A stretch of 64,000 nucleotides of DNA from Octopus vulgaris (GCA_951406725.2 OX597823.1:24118001-24182000), one strand, 5' to 3'. Shown: positions 12,988-26,956, numbered from the stretch's first letter. The notes: generated by a model from the letters alone, not told the origin. Translations and numbers: made by a program.

Positions 12988-13369
12988 AGCTCACCTCATT
13001 CTTTAGATTGTAGATAAATTATATGTACATTCTACTTCTGCTGGTAAGATTAAATGGCCTTAACAACACTTGACAAATTGGGTGACTATCAATTGAACAG
13101 TACTTAGACTATACAAAAATTCCCCACTAGTAGAGGAATGCACTAATAAATTATATGCACCTTAAATTTTGAAACAGCTTTTCAAATGTTTTTTGAAGAT
13201 GTGCTACAACTCGTATGAATTCTGATTAAGTAGTCATTTTGTAGACCACTTACTTTTTAAAAATAAATTGTCCATTTAAATCACATTAGACACCACATGT
13301 TTTATAATGTTTAATATGTCTGTGTTTGAATATAAATTGTATTTCTTGTTTTCTTTCTTTTTGATCTAG

Positions 13370-13603
13370 TTTTTAGTGACATTTTTATATTTAAAAATGC
13401 TTACATACCAAAGCATGATACTTTTGGACAACTGAAAAATGTGAGCTTAGATGAGTGCAAACATGTTTGTTATCAGACTTCAGGGTGTAACTCTTATGAG
13501 TATAATGAAATAAATTCGCTATGTGATCTAAGTAATGTAACTCACCTGACTCATGAACTTCAACACAACAATGAAGGTTGGGATATTTACATAATTAACC
13601 CAG
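13370..13603 (+). CDS. Exon B1, PAN/apple-like domain type B (absent from ORF track)
   Basis: Pyrimidine tract + tctag|TT...CCAG|gttagt; 234 nt; FSDIFIFKNAYIPKHDTFGQLKNVSLDECKHVCYQTSGCNSYEYNEINSLCDLSNVTHLTHELQHNNEGWDIYIINP. Confidence 0.88.
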
Positions 13604-14680
13604 GTTAGTAGAGAGTTTTCATTTTATTTCATTGCGTGTGTGTGTGTGCATGCATGAGTCTGTGTGTTGGTGTATAATATATATATGTGCATGTACATAC
13701 ATGCATATGTAAAATTTATGTAATGTGTACAAGTAGATGTACAACTGCTACTGTTAATTTTGGAGCTCCTCATAGATTATCATGGTCCAGTCTGCTTCAA
13801 GTATAATGGTTAAGAATCTGCTATACTTAGTAGTTGAAGAAATTACAATGAACACAGGTTTACATTATTAGCTCCAATGTACATCTTACCATTGTGGTAG
13901 CTTGAAACACTGCTTTAGATGTTTTGGTATATTTGAATGCTTAACCAGAATGCATTAAATTGTTGAAAACTAAATGCAATAGTGTTTCCTGATGATCCAA
14001 ATGCACTTGGAATGCAGGGCTCAAAACAACCATAATGATGAATTATACATAGGAACTAATAATATAAACTTGTGTTTGTTGTAATTTCTCTTTCACCCCC
14101 TCCCCACACACAAATTAACCCAAAAAGTAAAGTTGATAGGCAAATAGCTTTAATATTTCCATTGAAGTTGTAGAATTTTCATAATTTATTCAGAATTACA
14201 TTATGAACTTCAATGTATTATCATCATTGCTTTAATGTTCACTTTTCCATGTTTGCATGGATCAGACAAAATTTGTTGATGTGAAATTTCTATGGCCAGG
14301 TGTACTTCCTGTTGCCAACACTCACCTGTTTGTTTATATTAGTAAAATAATGCTTCTTCATGACCAGACAAGCTTTTCATTGAATATTGGAAATAAAGGA
14401 TATGCTAGTGGAACTCATTTACAACTAACACAGGATGTCAAGACATGGAGACAATAACACAAAGACACGCGCACACACACACACACACATGCACACACCC
14501 ATATACTTATAGATATGTTGGGTTCTTTCAGTTTTGTTCTGTTAAATCAATTCACAAGGCTTTGATCAGCCCATGGTTGTAGTAGAAGACATTTGCAGAA
14601 GGTGCAACATAGTGGAACTGAATCCAGAACCAAGTAGCTGTAAACATATATATATACATACATACATACATATATATATG

Positions 14681-14733
<53 letters not shown>

Positions 14734-15181
14734 ATATATAAAACTGAGAATGTGTGCCTGTCTGTGTGTCTGTGTGAATCCCTAACACTTGAGAAATACA
14801 CAACCAATTTCATTCAAATTTTACACATGCCTTACTTAGGGTCCATGTAGTGTCATGGACAAAAAATGTTTAACTTCTTGCCTAGGGTGAGCCCACAGCA
14901 ATATCATATCTTCTCCACTATTTCAGTATTATGTGTATTATGTGAAACAAAAACATCTCTGTATTGTAACGTCAGATACTTACATTTTAATAATGAAACT
15001 AGTAAAGTCAAACTATTATATAACAGGGATGAACCATTAACAGTGGACATCCATTTTGCTAGAAGAAGATCTGCTATGGTCTTATATGCTACACCAGTAG
15101 TTTTCAATTCATATTAATCAAATTAATATTCAATTTCTCACCCTTATTATTTTGAATTTAAATTTACATGTATATATAGGG

Positions 15182-15218
<37 letters not shown>

Positions 15219-15281
15219 GATGTATATATATGGTTGTGTATATATATATACATGTATATGTATACATGTATGTATACATGT

Positions 15282-15748
15282 CGTTCGTGGCCGTTTGCCA
15301 GCTCCGTCTGGCCCCGTGTCGGTGGCATGTAAAAGCACCATCCGTTCGTGTCCGTTACCAGCCTCGCCTGGCTCCCGTGCCAGTGACACGTAAAAGCACC
15401 ATCCGTTCGTGGCCGTTTGCCACCTCTGACTGGCCCCGTGTCGGTGGCACGTAAAAGCACCATCCGTTTGTGTCCATTGCCAGCATCGCCTGGCCCCGTG
15501 CCGGTGAGACGTAAAAGCACCGTTCGTTCGTGGCCGTTTGCCAGCTCTGTCTGGCACCTGTGCAGGTGGCACGTAAAAAGCACCCACTACACTCATGGAG
15601 TGGTTGGCGTTAGGAAGGGCATCCAGCCGTAGAAACACTGCCAGATCTGACTGGGCCGTCCAGCTTCACAGACCCCAGTTGAACTGTCCAACCCATGCTA
15701 GCATGGAAAGCGGACGCTAAATGATGATGATGATGATGATGATGATGT
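15282..15748 (+). mobile_element. 3'-end copy of the RTE LINE tail (five ~60-bp units, conserved tail, (GAT)n)
   Basis: Matches 3115-3640: GGCACGTAAAAGCACC units, GGAGTGGTTGGCGTTAGGAAGGGCATCCAGC, CCCATGCTAGCATGGAAAG, (GAT)n. Confidence 0.85.
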
Positions 15749-15888
15749 ATATGTATAGCTGTATATGTATACATGTAGATGTATATATATATATATAGAT
15801 GTACATGTAATATGTACACATATATATACACATATATACATGCATACATATATAACCCATACACACACAAACACACACACATACATAG

Positions 15889-16195
15889 GTGCAGGTGTGG
15901 CTGTGTGGTAACAAACTTGGTTCCAAAACACATGGTCCTCAGTTCAGTCCCACTGTGTGGTACTTGGCATGTGTCTTCTGCTATAGCCTCAGAACAACCA
16001 AAGCCTTGTCAGTGGATTTTTTAGACAGAAACTGAAATAAATCAATTGTATATATATGCATGTATATATGTAAGTCTATGTGTGTGTCTTTGTGTTTTGC
16101 CTTTATCACTGCTTCACAACTGCTGTTCATTTATTTACATCCCCATGACTTACTGGTTTCACAAGAACTAATAGAATAAGTACCAGGCTTATCTA
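15889..16195 (+). mobile_element. tRNA-derived SINE; related copy on - strand at ~14500-14640
   Basis: TGGCTGTGTGG A-box-like, GTTCAGTCCC B-box-like; body AAAGCCTTG...GGATTT..GACAGAAACTGAA is shared in reverse with 14520-14640. Confidence 0.65.
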
Positions 16196-17630
16196 CATAA
16201 AAAAACACTAGGCTGTGTCTCATATTTTTGTTTGCCCACTCAGTTGTATCTATCAATTTATCATTGTATGTGTGTGTGTGTGTGTGTATATAAAACACCC
16301 TAATGGGGGGGCCTTAACTCCCAAATTTTAGTAATTTCTTTTATGATCCAAAACTAGTTCAAAAGTACTGAATGGATCTTTATGAAATTTGGAAATTATA
16401 TTCTATGCATAAGAGCCATAACCCCCATGACAATTCATATATTTTTCCTGTTGATAATATTTTTACCATAGATATTAGACACAAATAAAGTAATATTTAT
16501 AAAATTTCATCTTCTTACAAGTTAGAAAGACCCCTCCATGGGAAATTAACACCCACAATTTTGTCATTCTATCTAAGCAAAAATTAATATAGTTGTGCTC
16601 TTGGAAGCTGTAGGGTTACCCGAGCATAAAAGATGAGCATTATTTCTAATTCAGTGGTACAACAGTGTAACAGTTTTCTTTGACATACACTTACATTGTG
16701 ATTTCTTCAATGTGGTGCATAAATTGTCAAGTAAATGAGAGGTATCTTTGCCTCCACTGATTCAGTTGCAAAGTGTTGAGTAAAGTTATTTGATTGCAGA
16801 CCTCCTTTCAGTCTTTTTATTATCACTGAGTCACACATAGTCCCCAGATGCTAACATTGATTTCAAGGCCTTCCCAGATGAGTGACTTGTTATTCAAAGA
16901 CATTTATAGATTGTAAATTTATTCTGTCCAGCTACGTATAATTATAGTGATTATTTGCAAACTTCAGAGGTGACACTTTCATTTCTCCTTAGCCCTCACG
17001 TCACACAGTTGTTAATGTTTATTTCAGTTGGGTCATGCCCTTCCAATTGCTATAGATTCATAATGCAATTGCTATAGTTCATAATGCCTGTCACCTGGAT
17101 GGTGACAAATACTACATTGGGAGTGGTAATGACTAGGGTAGGGTAGCTGACTGCTTATTGTGATCATTTGTCTTTTGGTTTCCTGTAGCTTTGCTCTCTT
17201 TTACAAACCCAGTGAACATATATTTCCTATTTCAAAGAAATTCAAACAAAATATATAAGACCCAAGTTAAAAAGAATCTCAACAATTCAACTTCTCTGCT
17301 TGACATTAAGATGCCCATCCCCAACAAGGGCCTTAACTCTCACATTTTAGAGCTCCATGACCTTCATTTTTCTGGGGCAAAATCTTTTTAACAGGTTCCA
17401 TAAGACTGGAATTTTGGAATATGCGCATAAAAATCAGTAGATACATGTGGCACGATTACAATTTTTTTAGGGTGTGTAAAGAGAGAAAATAACCCTCATC
17501 TGCAATTTTGATGAAATTCGAAACAGATATTCCAGTTCATTACAGAAAATATAACAGAAAAGTCTAATTCTTCAATTGAATGTAACATGGGCAACGCTGG
17601 GTATCTCTGCTAGTATATATATATATATAG

Positions 17631-17691
<61 letters not shown>

Positions 17692-18239
17692 ATATACTCC
17701 CTTTTATGTACGTCATTGTACATAAACGAGAGTAACAACTTAAAATCGCTGGACATAGAACAAAATCCATTAATGACGTTGAATGGATAAAACTGAGTAA
17801 ATTAGTAGCCTAGATATTTATTAACCGAAGCTGGCTAAAACTTGTTGATGTCACGTTTTGGTTTACATGAAGTTGGTAATGATGTTGGTTATAAGCAAAA
17901 TCAAATGAAGTGGATAGGGAACAAAATGACATTCCTTGAAGGTATTGGGGTTTGTATGAACTGGGTGGTATAACTACTGCTGACAGGCACTGGAACTACA
18001 AATACTAAAATTACTAAAACATTTATGCATGAATCCCCACAAAATGGTCAGGTACTATTGCATATACATGCTTTCTAATTGGTCATTATTCACACTCACA
18101 TGTTGGCACCCAGTTGAATATTCTGTAAACAAATTCTCTCACATATACATACATACACACAACCTCACAATAGAGATATATCAATACACACATGCACACA
18201 TATGTATAAACATTAAAACATACATACCTCTCCAACACT

Positions 18240-18600
18240 ACCCTCCTCACCAGCACCCACCATCGACCATATCACATCACCGACTCCTTCACCTGCACTT
18301 CTACCAATATCATCTATTGCATCTCCTGCTCTCTCTGTACATCAGACAAACGGGATGCCGCTTGGCTGACCGGTTCATGGAACACCTCCAAGACATTCGC
18401 CTCTGCAATGTCAGCCTGGTCTCACACATTTCCGCTCTACTGGTCACTCTTTCCAACACCTGTCTGTCTTCGGATTGTCCTTGCACAGAAGCCATCCAGA
18501 CTCCCGTTTGCGCCGTAAACAGAGATTAATCTTCTCTCTTCACTCCTTTGCACCACGTGGGCTCAACTCTCCTCCCCTCTTCATCTAACCTCCTCTCCTT
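18240..18600 (+). mobile_element. Penelope-like element GIY-YIG endonuclease fragment
   Basis: ITDSFTCTSTNIIYCISC...LYIRQTGCRLADRFMEHLQDI (frameshifted GIY-YIG signature). Confidence 0.75.
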
Positions 18601-19111
18601 GCCTCTCTCCCCCTCACTCCTACTTCCTCCCACCCACCTCTCCTCTCTTGCTCCAACTCTTATCTTCACTCCTACTTCTCTTCACCCCTACTCTGTCTCT
18701 CTTACTCTCTTTCTCTTTTCTCTCATAACCATCTTCTCCTTCTCCCTTCATCGTCAACCCTCCCCCATAAACCCACCCCATCCCTACACATTCCTACCCC
18801 ACCTTCCCTATCCTTCCCATCCCATCCCTTACAACCTCTCCCACATACCCCACCTCTACCCCACCCTCTGGTTCACCAGTCCTCAGTCAAATCGTCCAAT
18901 CCATACAGGGTTACATACATGCATCCATCCAGCCAGCCATACCTACATACATATATGCATACATGTATGTATATATTTGTACCTGTATAATAATTTTCTT
19001 TGATTTGGTTCACTTAATATCTTTTCTTGTAATATTATCATCATTTGCTTGTTCTCATCCTCCTCCTAACATGTGCATACCATTGTTATCAATTTCTGTT
19101 ATCTATTTCAG

Positions 19112-19282
19112 TTTTCCTGTCTGTTGACTGTGGACCTCCAAAAGATGTAGGTGGTGCATTGAAATCCTATAAAACTACCACCTTTAAATCTGAAGTGTTG
19201 TACACTTGTGAAAATGGAGACCAACTTAAGTCGACTTGTGAAAGGAACAGCAGATGGTCTCCTGTTGTGGATGCCTGTAACG
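19112..19282 (+). CDS. Exon C1, short Sushi/CCP-like domain
   Basis: tttcag|TT...AACG|gtaaca; 171 nt; FLSVDCGPPKDVGGALKSYKTTTFKSEVLYTCENGDQLKSTCERNSRWSPVVDACN; C-x-PP...V-x-Y-x-C-x2-G...C...W...C Sushi motif. Confidence 0.87.
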
Positions 19283-20482
19283 GTAACATAAATAGAGTCC
19301 CTTTTGTCATATATGTAATTTTTTTATATGTTTGTATTAATAGACACATCTGAAATTTGACTAGTGATCGTCATTACTGTCGCTGCCACCATCTGCAGTT
19401 GTTTTCAGCTTAAGAGGCAGAGAAAAATAGGTTTGCTAAGAAATATAAGATGGGGAGAAATTTCCCTCAAGGGGAGAGAATTGCTGTGAGAGAGATTTTA
19501 TTTTTTATATACTTATTTTATTATGTGAGTAGATATTTCTATATAATTCACTCTTTTTTTTTATATTTTGGTTGTTCTAGTAGCTGCAAGTAGATGCAGA
19601 TAAATTCATTCCACTCTGATTTGGAGCTTGTCAATGCACTACAACTTGGGATAAAACTACACGGTCATTTAAAACATTTAGGAACTGTGTAAACTATCGA
19701 CTTATCTTTTTTTTTTGTTTGTTTTAAATAGTAGAGAAAAGTGGTGAGAGAGTGAGGACATTAAAAGCCCAAGTCACAATTGAGATTAACATTATGCAAA
19801 TTACAATCGATATGTTCTATTTTTTTGCTTTTAACAGTGGAGGAGAGCTTAACTGATAGAAAGTATTAATGTTATCGATAAAAGACTATTAAAATGAGTG
19901 GTTGTATACTGTTAACATAACGTGACAGTCCTGTATGGGAATTACACCAACACTGTTTCGCTTGTGAAATTCTTTTGTGCGATATTATAATCACAAGGAA
20001 TACTCATGTCAGTCAATAAACAGACTTTATTGTTTTTATCTTTCACAACAATATCTGGTTTATTAGCTTTGATGGTTTGGTCTGTATGTAATGGAAAGTC
20101 CCAAAGAACCATTACCATTTCTCCCTCAGTTACAGTCTCAGGGTGGGGATGAATATCACTTGTCAGCAGTTTTGATTTTATAATTCTGACATATTAACCA
20201 ATGCAGATATTAGCCAACTCTGTCATGTCTTGATTTATACTCCACTGGTCCTAAGATTTTTACACCTAGAGATTTGGTGGGATACTGTTTCAGTCATATC
20301 ATTGCAGAATCAGCATGTTAAATCTAATCTGTTTTTTATCACATTGGCTTGGTAGTTCTTGGTCAATAAGCTTTGATCTTGTGCACCTAAAATGAAGTCT
20401 TCACTCTCTGCCTGTAGCCTTGAACTCCTTAGACACTAATAGGTATTATCATAATTGTAATAATAATAATTATTATTATTAT

Positions 20483-20690
20483 GCCAGCCCCGTCTGGCAT
20501 CTGTGCGGGTGGCACGTAAAAGCACCCACTACATTCACGGAGTGGTTGGCGTTAGGAAGGGCATCCAGCCGTAGAAACACTGCCAGATCAGACTGGGCCT
20601 GGTGCAGCCTTCTGGCTTCCCAGACCCCAGTTGAACCATCCAACCCATGCTAGCATGGAAAGTGGACGCTAAATGATGATGATGATGATG
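20483..20690 (+). mobile_element. RTE-tail copy with (GAT)n
   Basis: Near-identical to 3460-3640. Confidence 0.85.
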
Positions 20691-20694
20691 ATTA

Positions 20695-21235
20695 TTATAT
20701 GTTTGGATTTTGCTTTGTATTTGTACATGTTGACTCCAAGTCTCATCCAGACAACAAGTTAGAAAATTAAAGTCGGGGTACTATATTTTTGGTTTTGCAC
20801 TAAGTATTGTTCTAGATAGTGTCTGTCAAAACAAGAAAATTATAAGTTTTTTCTAATAGTAATTTGATGGTAAGAATACAGTAAAAGGTATTTGCTATTA
20901 TGTACATTCAAAAGCACTTTTGATAATGTTCAAATGAATATCCTGGTATCTGAGACAGGGAGCAGTCAGCCCCTTTTGTTAACATCCCTGGGGTGCCTAT
21001 GACAAGAGGTATTGGTCTAGTCTTCAGGTTCTACATTATTACCAATTTCTTTTCCAAAATCTTTATATTTTCTGTTTTTAGTAGGTCTTGACAGATATAT
21101 TTATGTTGATTAGGACAGTGATATTGATGAGGAGGCATGATTTTTATCTGAGATCCTTCAGTATAATTTCTGGCTTATTGGCATCTATCTTTGTCTGAGA
21201 TCCTTCAGTGTAATGTCTGGCCTATTTGCATCTAT
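20695..21235 (-). mobile_element. Diverged R4/Dong-like 3' fragment
   Basis: Reverse strand resembles the RPDIILKD...LINI..KIxKYKDL end and shares 3' sequence with 39945-40200. Confidence 0.5.
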
Positions 21236-21243
21236 TATTATTT

Positions 21244-21960
21244 AAAGCGGCAAGCTGGTAGAATTGTTAGCACACCAGGCAAAATGCATACTAGTGTTTC
21301 GGCTATCGGTACAATCTGAGTTTAAATTCTGCTGAGGTCGGCTTTGCTTTTCACCCTTTCAGATCAATAAATTAAGTACCAGTGAAACACTGGGGTTAAT
21401 GCAAACAATTTATCCCTTCCCCTCAAAACTGTTGGCCTTGGGCCAAAATTTGAAATTATTATTGTTATTATTATCATCAAGTGTGAGAGCAGTATATGCC
21501 ATCAAAGTGGCACTGGAGTACAAATATACAAAGCCCAATATACCCATCATGACTTCTTGTCTGATAAGGGTACAGCAGGCACATGCATCACAACTGTATG
21601 TGCATGACATGGTGATTTCATATCAAAATAAACAGCACATGACCTTGCAGGTAAGACCCAGTTAGAATTTTCTTCAGGTCAAGTAGCTCATCCTGCTCAA
21701 AAAGTCCCTGAACAAGGATTATGGAATTTGAATAAAACACCCATGTTTCCTGAGGTGAATTATTCAAACACCAAAGAATTCCTCTCAACACATGGCTATG
21801 ATGCTTCCCAGCTACTTCTGCTCATGATCAGAGATGAACATATTGTAAGCCACCAAAGGACATGCTTAACTGATTAAGATCAAGCAACTAACAAGCAAAT
21901 TTGTGATATTGAACAGAATATTTGCTGTAGCCCATCTTTTACATCCAGAAAAAACATGCC
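21244..21960. mobile_element. SINE (21244-21460, +) followed by a second interspersed repeat (21480-21960) also found at 37708-38060 and, inverted, at 31980-32110
   Basis: GGCAAGCTGGTAGAATTGTTAGCA...TTAAGTACCAGT SINE family; CCAAAGAATTCCTCTCAACACATGGCTAT...GATCAGAGATG shared among the three loci. Confidence 0.7.
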
Positions 21961-22064
21961 CATATTATTATTATTATTGTTGTTGTTACTGTTATTGTTA
22001 TTGTTGTTGTTGCTATAGTAATAGTTGTTGTTTTTCATTCATCTAAATTTTTCTCAAATTCCAG

Positions 22065-22304
22065 TTTCTATATTACATTTTGTGAAAATAAAAAATGCAC
22101 TACTAGATGTACCCAAGAAAACATTGTTGGAGAAGAAAAATGTAACACCAGATGCCTGTGCAGAAAAATGTTTGTCTGACAAACGCTGTTTATCATTTGA
22201 AATAATTGAAAAAAGTGGAAAATGTTACTTATCAAAGAAAACTGCAGCTACCTCCAAGAAAATAAAACCATCCAAACACAGGGATTATTACCAACGAGTG
22301 AAAT
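22065..22304 (+). CDS. Exon A2, PAN/apple-like type A
   Basis: ttccag|TT...AAAT|gtaatt; 240 nt; SILHFVKIKNALLDVPKKTLLEKKNVTPDACAEKCLSDKRCLSFEIIEKSGKCYLSKKTAATSKKIKPSKHRDYYQRVK. Confidence 0.89.
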
Positions 22305-24630
22305 GTAATTGTTATTTGTATTTTATTATAAGAATACTCTTTTCCACTTTTTGTAAAATTCGTGATTCCATTCGAAATTGGCGATATATAGACAACTGTG
22401 AAGATTTGACAGGTTTACCTAGAGGACAAATGAAAAAAATCAAAGGCATATTAAGAACTGTAAATACTGTTATGACATTCTTATGCCAAATTTGTTCACC
22501 TTGAAAACTTTTATTGCATGCTTATAATTGCATTTTTATGTTAGAAAGGAAACTCATTTTGTTTTTCTTAAACCTGAGTAATAGTAATAGTAGCAGTAGC
22601 ATCAGTGGTGGTGGTGGTGGTGGTGGTGGTAGTGGCAACGGCAGCTGCAATAGTGGCTATGGTGGTAGCAGGAATGTTGGTGGTGGTTGCAGTGGTAGCA
22701 GTAATGTTGGTGGTAGTAGTGGTGGTGATGGCAATACTAGTAGTAGCAGCAGCAACAGCTCTTCATTTGTCTATATTGACCTGGCTCAGATGGTACGATT
22801 ATAGCACAGTGTCTCACCACTAGTTGCTGTCCTTCAGAATCCAATATACAAAATAACAGAAAAAGCAATGCCAATTTATGAAATTGTATATATATATATA
22901 TATATATTTGTCATGGTTAATGTAACAAGATGCTCTTCCTATCACCACATGAAGAGAGTACATTTTCCCATGCTACTAAGATTTGAGAAATAGTCTGCTG
23001 GGACTAAAGAATTCTCTCTGCCTAAAATTAGCTTCTATTCAGAATAGTTCCAGAGTATTAAGAACTGAACAGCCAGCAAATTCACTCAAGTTTATTTCAA
23101 GAAGTTTGTCCTTTCCTGTTGAAATCTTTAAACATCAAGGGAATTTCACTGAATTGTTGATCTCAGTTTTAGCATACTTGTGTACACTAGAATGTCATTT
23201 CTACAAAGATTAACTTTTCCGGGTCAAAAAGAAAAGCAAGCCATTTCTCTGTATATCTATGAGGATGTTTAACAGAGATGAAATTGCAGACCTCACTGCA
23301 ATATTTATCTTGTGCACATTAATGAAATTCAAGTACATTCACAGATCAAGTTTATATAGAGAAAATAGCCTGGCAATTTCAATAAGAAGAAGAGCCATAC
23401 CATGAATCAATTTAGGAAGAAATTGACATGAATCTTCAAGAAGTTTGATTTAAACAAAATGACTACCACCAACCTAACTACATTCAACAAAGTGGACATT
23501 ATTTTAGACATGAAATCAGGTATTAAACATATAATACTCCTACAGAAAGCTTAAGAAGGAGCACAAACACCTTCATAGGTATTTCAACTACTTCTCCCAA
23601 GCTATAATAATAAACTTAGTGACTGGTATATTATAGAATCATCACTTTCTCCATCGATAAATATATTTCTGACAGCATTTTTTACAGTGCAAGGTGTTAA
23701 GATTGACTTTAGTGAGAGGTTAGAATGAACAGAGCATTTTCCACTACCACACCTGAAAACAATGAGAAAGAGGTTAAGTTGATTCGATCCACCCTTCAAC
23801 CTAAATAACAAGGGGATGTTTTCATGTATTACAAACATTTTTCAACCACACAAAAGTACCACAAACTTATGAATGTGTATATTGTTATGGTTTATTACAC
23901 ATGTGTAGGTTAAATGACATCCAGCATTGTATGTTTCGATAGAAAATGCATACACTTATCCAGACTTTATCCCAGTCACCCACCTGTAACTACCAAAATC
24001 AATCCATCCTTCTTCTAAGAGAATTCTACTTTTCTATAACAGTGGTTTATAGAGCAGCTCTTATTCTATGTATAAGGGAAGGAAGGTTCATTATACCAGC
24101 TGAGTATCACCTTCTCCCATTAAAATTATTTTCTGTCTTAAGGATTCTGGATGGCAAAAGAAGAAGCTCGTGAGTGGCTGCAATTCAATAATTGTTTATT
24201 GTGATTCCCGATCTTGTGTCCTGTTCTAGGTGTCCATCTTCATGGCAGTGTATGGCTTGTGATATCTCCATTCACATGAAGTACATTACCTCTGGAGAAT
24301 AACATACATGGCTAGAGCGGGTTAGAATCTTCTGTAGCTGCCTGCTTTGTAGTGTCACTCAGTGTAAGCAAGCTGGAGAAGACTAAGAGGTTGAATGTCT
24401 TTTGCACCAGCTTAAATATCCATTGTTGAGGATGGCCTCATTGCGGTGTAGTGCATGGCAATGGTTGTACGCGATATCTCGCTCTTGTCTTGGACAACAT
24501 AATGGCTGCCACGAGGTCTTGTTCAAAATGGCACTGGCTACTTGTGCCACACTACATATGTTATAGTTTCCCAATGAATTACATGGGACTCACAACCAAT
24601 GACTTCAAGGAAATTTTCACTCGGCTCATT

Positions 24631-25770
24631 GGAGGGTTGGCTGAAAAGTTCATAAGTTGATCAAGATATTCTCATGGAATGTGGCCAAATGAGGTTTATT
24701 TTTCAACATACTCTCCCTTGCGGTCCACAGACTTCTATAGCTGTTGCAGTGCTTGGATCCCATTTCTAAAGAAAATTTCATCCTATTGGTCAAAAAAGTC
24801 TTCAACAGCAGGTATGTCATCATCACTGTGATATTCATTCCCAGCCAAGTGTTTTTTTTTCATGTTGGGAAACAGATGATAGTTATATGGGGTCAAATCA
24901 GGAGAATAGGGAAGCATATCAACTAGTTGTATGCAGCAGTCATTAAAAGCAAGGACTTGTGTGCTGGAGGATTATTCTGATGAAACAAACCACTTTCAGT
25001 TTCCCTGGATGTTCGTTTTTATAGTCTTTTGTAACTGCCTCAGGAAGCTGGCATAGAAATCTCCTTTGATGGTGTGGCCCTTTTGAGGACAGTCAATTAA
25101 CACAACGCCTTTTGTATCCCAAAATGCTATGGTCATCACCTTCCCAGCAGATGAAATGATCTTGGCCTTTTTTGGAGCAGGTCTCTTTGTCTCCGGCTCA
25201 AAGTAATGAAGCCAATACTCATCCTCAGTTAGCAAACATTCAAGGAAACCAGCTGGATTTGTCCCAAACAATGTCAGATTTTCCCATGATGTCATCAAAC
25301 TGGAACACTTTTGATCAGGTGTCAGAAGATGTGGCACCCACAAAGTAGAAACCTTCATCATGTCAAGTTCATTAAGCAGAATATTCTCAACTCTATCATG
25401 GGATATGCTAATAGCATTAGCTATTTGATTTAAAGTCAATCACCTGTCATCGATCACCATGTGGTGAATACAATCAATGTTTCCCTCGGTGGTGGCAGTT
25501 GCAGGACACCTAGATCTTCTGTCATTTTCAAGACTCATTGTTCTCCTCCTAAATTCAGCTGCTCACATTTGCACTGTTGATAAAGCTGGAATATCATTCC
25601 CTAATATAGCAGACATGCCAGTATGACAGTCAATGGGGGATAAACCCTTTTTTTGAAGGTACTTGTAAACAGCACAATGCCAAATTTTGTCCATTTTCAA
25701 AAGAAGTCACTACTTGTTACTTTTGAAGTCTTCTTTGAACATTCAGATGTCAATTTACCTTGCAAAATTA
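24631..25770 (-). mobile_element. Decayed mariner (Tc1/mariner) DNA transposon
   Basis: ORF 24996-25439: WVPHLLT, LTEDEYWLHYFEPETK, SAGKVMTIAFWDTKGVVLID; TIR-like GAGGGTTGGCTGAAAAGTTC at ~24632. Confidence 0.85.
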
Positions 25771-25904
25771 TGCTCCATTAGAGAGAAGAGATGTACAAAT
25801 GTATTGTCTAGAATCTAAGTAATGAGACAAGATTTCAAATTAGTCTGAAGATGTTCTACATCTGACATGAATTCTGATTATGGAGTAATTTTGTGAATCT
25901 CTTA

Positions 25905-26956
25905 TCTATATATATATATAAGGCAGGATGTGTGTGTGTGTGTACGTGATTGTAATTTATGCACATCCACAAATTAGCACGCATGTCGCTCCAATTTTAG
26001 GAGGACATTCGTCAACATCCTACCTGGTTTTTGTCAACTTATTTTTTGCCAAACACACCCACAGATACAGGTAAAAATCTATTTTCAGCCATTGCTTTTA
26101 CCGATTTTGAAGGTTGCTAACATGAGTTAAGTTCCTTCTAGCCATAGCCAAGCGAAAATGTGAGTGTGAGGGAGAGAGAGAAGTTGTGTGCTGATGTATG
26201 TGTGTGTGTGTGTGTGTGAGGGAGAGTGTTTCACAATGTCTAACAAAAATAGTAAAGAAAAAGTATGTGTAAAGAAGAGAGGCAGAGGGTTTGACAGCGA
26301 TCTAACAAAAAAAGTGGTAAAGACAAAGTGAGAGAGTGAGGGGAGGAGGGAGAGTTAGTCACAGCATTCATAAAAAATAAAATGTAAAATGTTTTGTTTT
26401 TTCTTAAACACGAGATATAGTGTTCAAATTTAGGATGTTTTTGAAAGACACTATATTTTATAATCAGAGTATATATACTTTCTTGCACAACAATTACAAT
26501 ATATTTATTTATTTTAAATCGTTCATCTTTCTCCCCCATCTCCCTCACACATATATTACTTTGGGTGCGAAAGAGTTTTCTTTTTATTTTACGCCATCAT
26601 TTATTTATTTTAAATCGTTCATCTTTGTCCCTCCCCTCTCTCTCACACATATTACTTTGGGTGCAAAAGAGTTTTGTTTTTATTTTACGCCGAGTAAAAA
26701 AGTGTTTTGTTGAGAATCCATTTATTTAACATATCATCACTGCCTTTCAAATATCTCATGAACATTACAAACACCTGACAGCAGAGCCTTCAAGTATATA
26801 ACAGAAGTTATCTTTATTTCCTTAAATAACCCTATTAATTTCAACAGATTTTGCCCACATTTGACGTCGATATTACTTAGTTTGGTTTGAAATAAAAAAC
26901 TTGATTAGCTTAATAATCATAACTTAATCCCGAGCAAGGCCGAGTTATACTTCTAG
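25905..26956 (+). mobile_element. Non-autonomous Helitron
   Basis: A|TC start, CTAG|T end with a GC-rich subterminal motif (CCCGAGCAAGGCCGAG), no TSD. Flanks join to match the uninterrupted paralogous intron (~13245-13280). Internal ~96-bp tandem duplication at 26503-26690. Confidence 0.75.

Larger units (their letters stand above)
14730..17613 (+). mobile_element. Probable non-autonomous Helitron-like element with nested insertions
   Basis: Starts at TATATATAAAACTGAGAATGTGTG; ends GGGCAACGCTGGG-tatctctg-CTAG|T, resembling the end of 25905-26956. 5' boundary is obscured by (TA)n. Confidence 0.5.

Noticed and set aside
15282-15585. ~60-bp repeats with a conserved core and variable part (also 3115-3480)
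   Set aside because: The variable parts are homologous to each other and belong to the RTE LINE 3'UTR; not CRISPR.
14547-16024. YIYI-type ORFs, and similar poly-I/L/N ORFs at 39786-40380, 41317-41608 and 56203-56442
   Set aside because: Microsatellite translations of (TA)n, (ATT)n and (AAC)n.
22514-22823. Gly/Ser-rich or Val-rich ORF as a linker exon
   Set aside because: It is a translation of a (GGT/AGT/AGC)n tract whose length and content differ freely among post-A introns; no conserved splice sites.
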